Of a stretch of 64,000 nt of DNA, positions 62,031 to 64,000 are shown piece by piece. The translations under genes were made by a program, and so were the position numbers. The stretch lies in the NCBI GenBank assembly GCA_963740315.1, contig CAVUDP010000003.1, positions 128,001-192,000 on the forward strand. The letters run 5' to 3'. Each line of letters opens with the position of its first letter. Within the stretch, counting starts at the first letter, position 1. The notes under the pieces are model-generated. The model made no database searches, had not been told where the DNA came from, and saw only the letters and a program-made list of their open reading frames with translations. Origin of the DNA: an uncultured cyanobacterium. Lineage in GTDB: Bacteria; Cyanobacteriota; Cyanobacteriia; Cyanobacteriales; Nostocaceae.

Positions 62031-64000
62031 TCACCTTTGACCTGTTAAAGATTCTTGCTGCTGTGGTGGTGCTACTTTTTGTCTGCCGAAACCACCAAAT
62101 AGTTCGTTTACCTTAAGGCTGACGTTGAGATAAGGGCCTCCCGCAGAGCGATAACCTGTAAAGTCGCGATCGTCGGCGCTACCGAAGGCGTAACCGACAC
62201 CAACGCGGAAATCGGGTGTGAGATAATATCCAGCTTCTACGGCTACGCCAAATTCGCTGTAATCCTGTGTGGGTTGACCGATCCAACGTCCTTCTACTGC
62301 TAAATCGGTGCGGTAGCCTAATTGATAGTTTGCCCGTAGTTGCGCTAGGTTAACGCTGCTGTTGCTAGTAAAATTATTAGCTAAATAATTATTGCTGTTA
62401 CGGAAGGCATATTTACCGTATAGTTCCCATCGCCAACTGGGTGCATAAATTGCTTCTGCTGAGAAAAGATGGTCGATCGCACCGTTTCCGCTCCCAAATA
62501 ACAAGGTATCGGGGGTTGTGGAAGGATTTTGGCGATATTCATATTTGAGTAAACCGTTGAATTTATCGCTGTTGAGATCGCGATATGCCAAACCGACGCG
62601 CAAGTTGGCTGTATCTGCTAATCCTTCCAATAGTTGATTTGCTCCACCGGCTTGTTTGTACCGTACTGCTGCTGTCAATGCTGGCAAAATTTTACCCGCA
62701 GCCCCAGCGGTAATTACTGTATTGTTACCGCGATCGCCATCCCGATATTCAAAGCGGGCGTTGGCGTTGAAGTTGGGATTATCGGTGTATGCCATGCCGA
62801 TGCTGTAGGTATTTCCCTCGAATAAACCCAAGGAAGAAGCACTTTGTCCGGTTGCATAGGGTTGAGCAAATCTGACACCTGTGGCAGTGCTGCTGAAAAT
62901 ATCTTTAAATACCCGCTCGTAACCTAAATCTACTTTGAATCCAGGTGCAACGCGAATGCGATGATTTAACCCGATCGAACCTCGATCGTTCATGCCGTCG
63001 ATGCCTGAGAGAATCGAGTAGCGTCCGTTGATGGTGGTATCTTCTGTAAATTTATGTTCGACAAGGGTATCTAAATTAGTAATGCTGTTGCCTTTCAACA
63101 AGCCGCCATCAAAGAATTGATGCGCTAAACGCATTGTTACGCCGGGGTACAGCGCCCAATCTAAACCGAGGGTGGTACGGTTGGGATAAAGAGGATCGCT
63201 ATCATTGCTGTTGTTTAAGTTAAGTTCGTTTTGAGCGCGAAAATCTAGAGACTCGGTGATGGGAACGTTAAGACTGGATACTAATTGACTGGCGGTGCCC
63301 TCAAACAGGTTGTTTACTCTATCTTCGCGGGAACGATTAACGTACTCAAGTTTTACATCTGACTCGCCGATTTTTTGCTGAATACCTGCTTTAACTGTAG
63401 TTAGGGTGTTATCAATTTGACTTCCCGGTGTCGGTAGTGGCTGAGGGTTAAATAAGTCAAAAAATTGGGTTTGTTCCGCTGGAGCAATACCGAAATTTTC
63501 TTCGCGATCGTAACCCACCTGAAGACTAGTTGTATCGGTAACTTTAGCGGCTACATCCGCACCATAACGGGTTTGTCCCGGCGCAAAACTCCAGGTAGCG
63601 TTATTGGCAAAGTTTTCTGTCGCCGAACGATAATAAGCTTGTCCTTGAAAGTCACCAATGTTACTATTCGCTTCTACACGATAAGCAGAACCACCGACAT
63701 CGCCAAAATTAAGAGTATTGTGTTGCGATCGCGCATATTCACCGACAATAAAACCGGATGCAAAGGGCGCGTAGAAATCAACTCCGTAAAGTTCAAAGTC
63801 TTGCGCTCCTTGCTCTTCTTTTAAATAACTACCTCCCAAAAATGCTGTTTTATTTGCATCGCCGCTTCTCAAGTTGTATTGCAGTCTACCGCCATAAAGT
63901 TGACTATCTTCGCCGCTTTCGTTTTGATAAGTAACTACAATTCGATTTACTAAAGTTGCTTCTAAAGGGTTTAATTCGGTAGCTTGAATCGGACGACGAA
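62031..64000 (-). CDS. Large outer-membrane beta-barrel-like protein, 5' end outside window
   Basis: Frame open to the window edge; amphipathic strands with aromatic residues; directly upstream of the DUF11 gene. Confidence 0.75.
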   Translation of the reverse strand, partial: RRPIQATELNPLEATLVNRIVVTYQNESGEDSQLYGGRLQYNLRSGDANKTAFLGGSYLKEEQGAQDFELYGVDFYAPFASGFIVGEYARSQHNTLNFGDVGGSAYRVEANSNIGDFQGQAYYRSATENFANNATWSFAPGQTRYGADVAAKVTDTTSLQVGYDREENFGIAPAEQTQFFDLFNPQPLPTPGSQIDNTLTTVKAGIQQKIGESDVKLEYVNRSREDRVNNLFEGTASQLVSSLNVPITESLDFRAQNELNLNNSNDSDPLYPNRTTLGLDWALYPGVTMRLAHQFFDGGLLKGNSITNLDTLVEHKFTEDTTINGRYSILSGIDGMNDRGSIGLNHRIRVAPGFKVDLGYERVFKDIFSSTATGVRFAQPYATGQSASSLGLFEGNTYSIGMAYTDNPNFNANARFEYRDGDRGNNTVITAGAAGKILPALTAAVRYKQAGGANQLLEGLADTANLRVGLAYRDLNSDKFNGLLKYEYRQNPSTTPDTLLFGSGNGAIDHLFSAEAIYAPSWRWELYGKYAFRNSNNYLANNFTSNSSVNLAQLRANYQLGYRTDLAVEGRWIGQPTQDYSEFGVAVEAGYYLTPDFRVGVGYAFGSADDRDFTGYRSAGGPYLNVSLKVNELFGGFGRQKVAPPQQQESLTGQR

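Noticed and set aside
1..64000. HIP1 abundance and G-rich tracts as a novel signal
   Set aside because: Both are well-known general features of these cyanobacterial genomes

Overview
AT-rich chromosomal window from a cyanobacterium, most likely a filamentous heterocyst-forming type. This rests on abundant HIP1 octamers (GCGATCGC), G-rich short tandem repeats and Uma2/DUF4351/DUF4278 proteins. Most genes are housekeeping or stress genes: an aquaporin-arsH-arsC arsenic operon, uvsE, an Hsp70-like gene, the sulfate ABC operon (sbp-cysT-cysW-cysA), sulfite reductase, an NAD salvage operon (pncB-nadD-nrtR-nadE) with an NrtR box, a glutamine riboswitch ahead of a DUF4278/PirA-like gene, moeA, mtnA, dxs, rpiA, yidD and a ComA-like PLD. 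Also present are a repeat-expanded haemagglutinin-family exoprotein, a DUF11 surface protein with an outer-membrane partner, and three toxin-antitoxin-like pairs. I found no rRNA, tRNA, CRISPR array, RT, integrase or transposase. The main points of interest are: (1) a 26-bp operator-like motif shared by sbp, cysA and sir, plus a ribbon-helix-helix-like tail on the sulfite reductase; (2) an Rpn/DUF4351 gene followed by a stand-alone variant copy of its C-terminal module; (3) nested non-autonomous elements (REP doublets, TA-duplicating MITEs, ~20-nt insertions) with empty and filled alleles both visible; (4) four genes with point lesions. All calls come from reading the sequence and motif recognition only; no searches were run.
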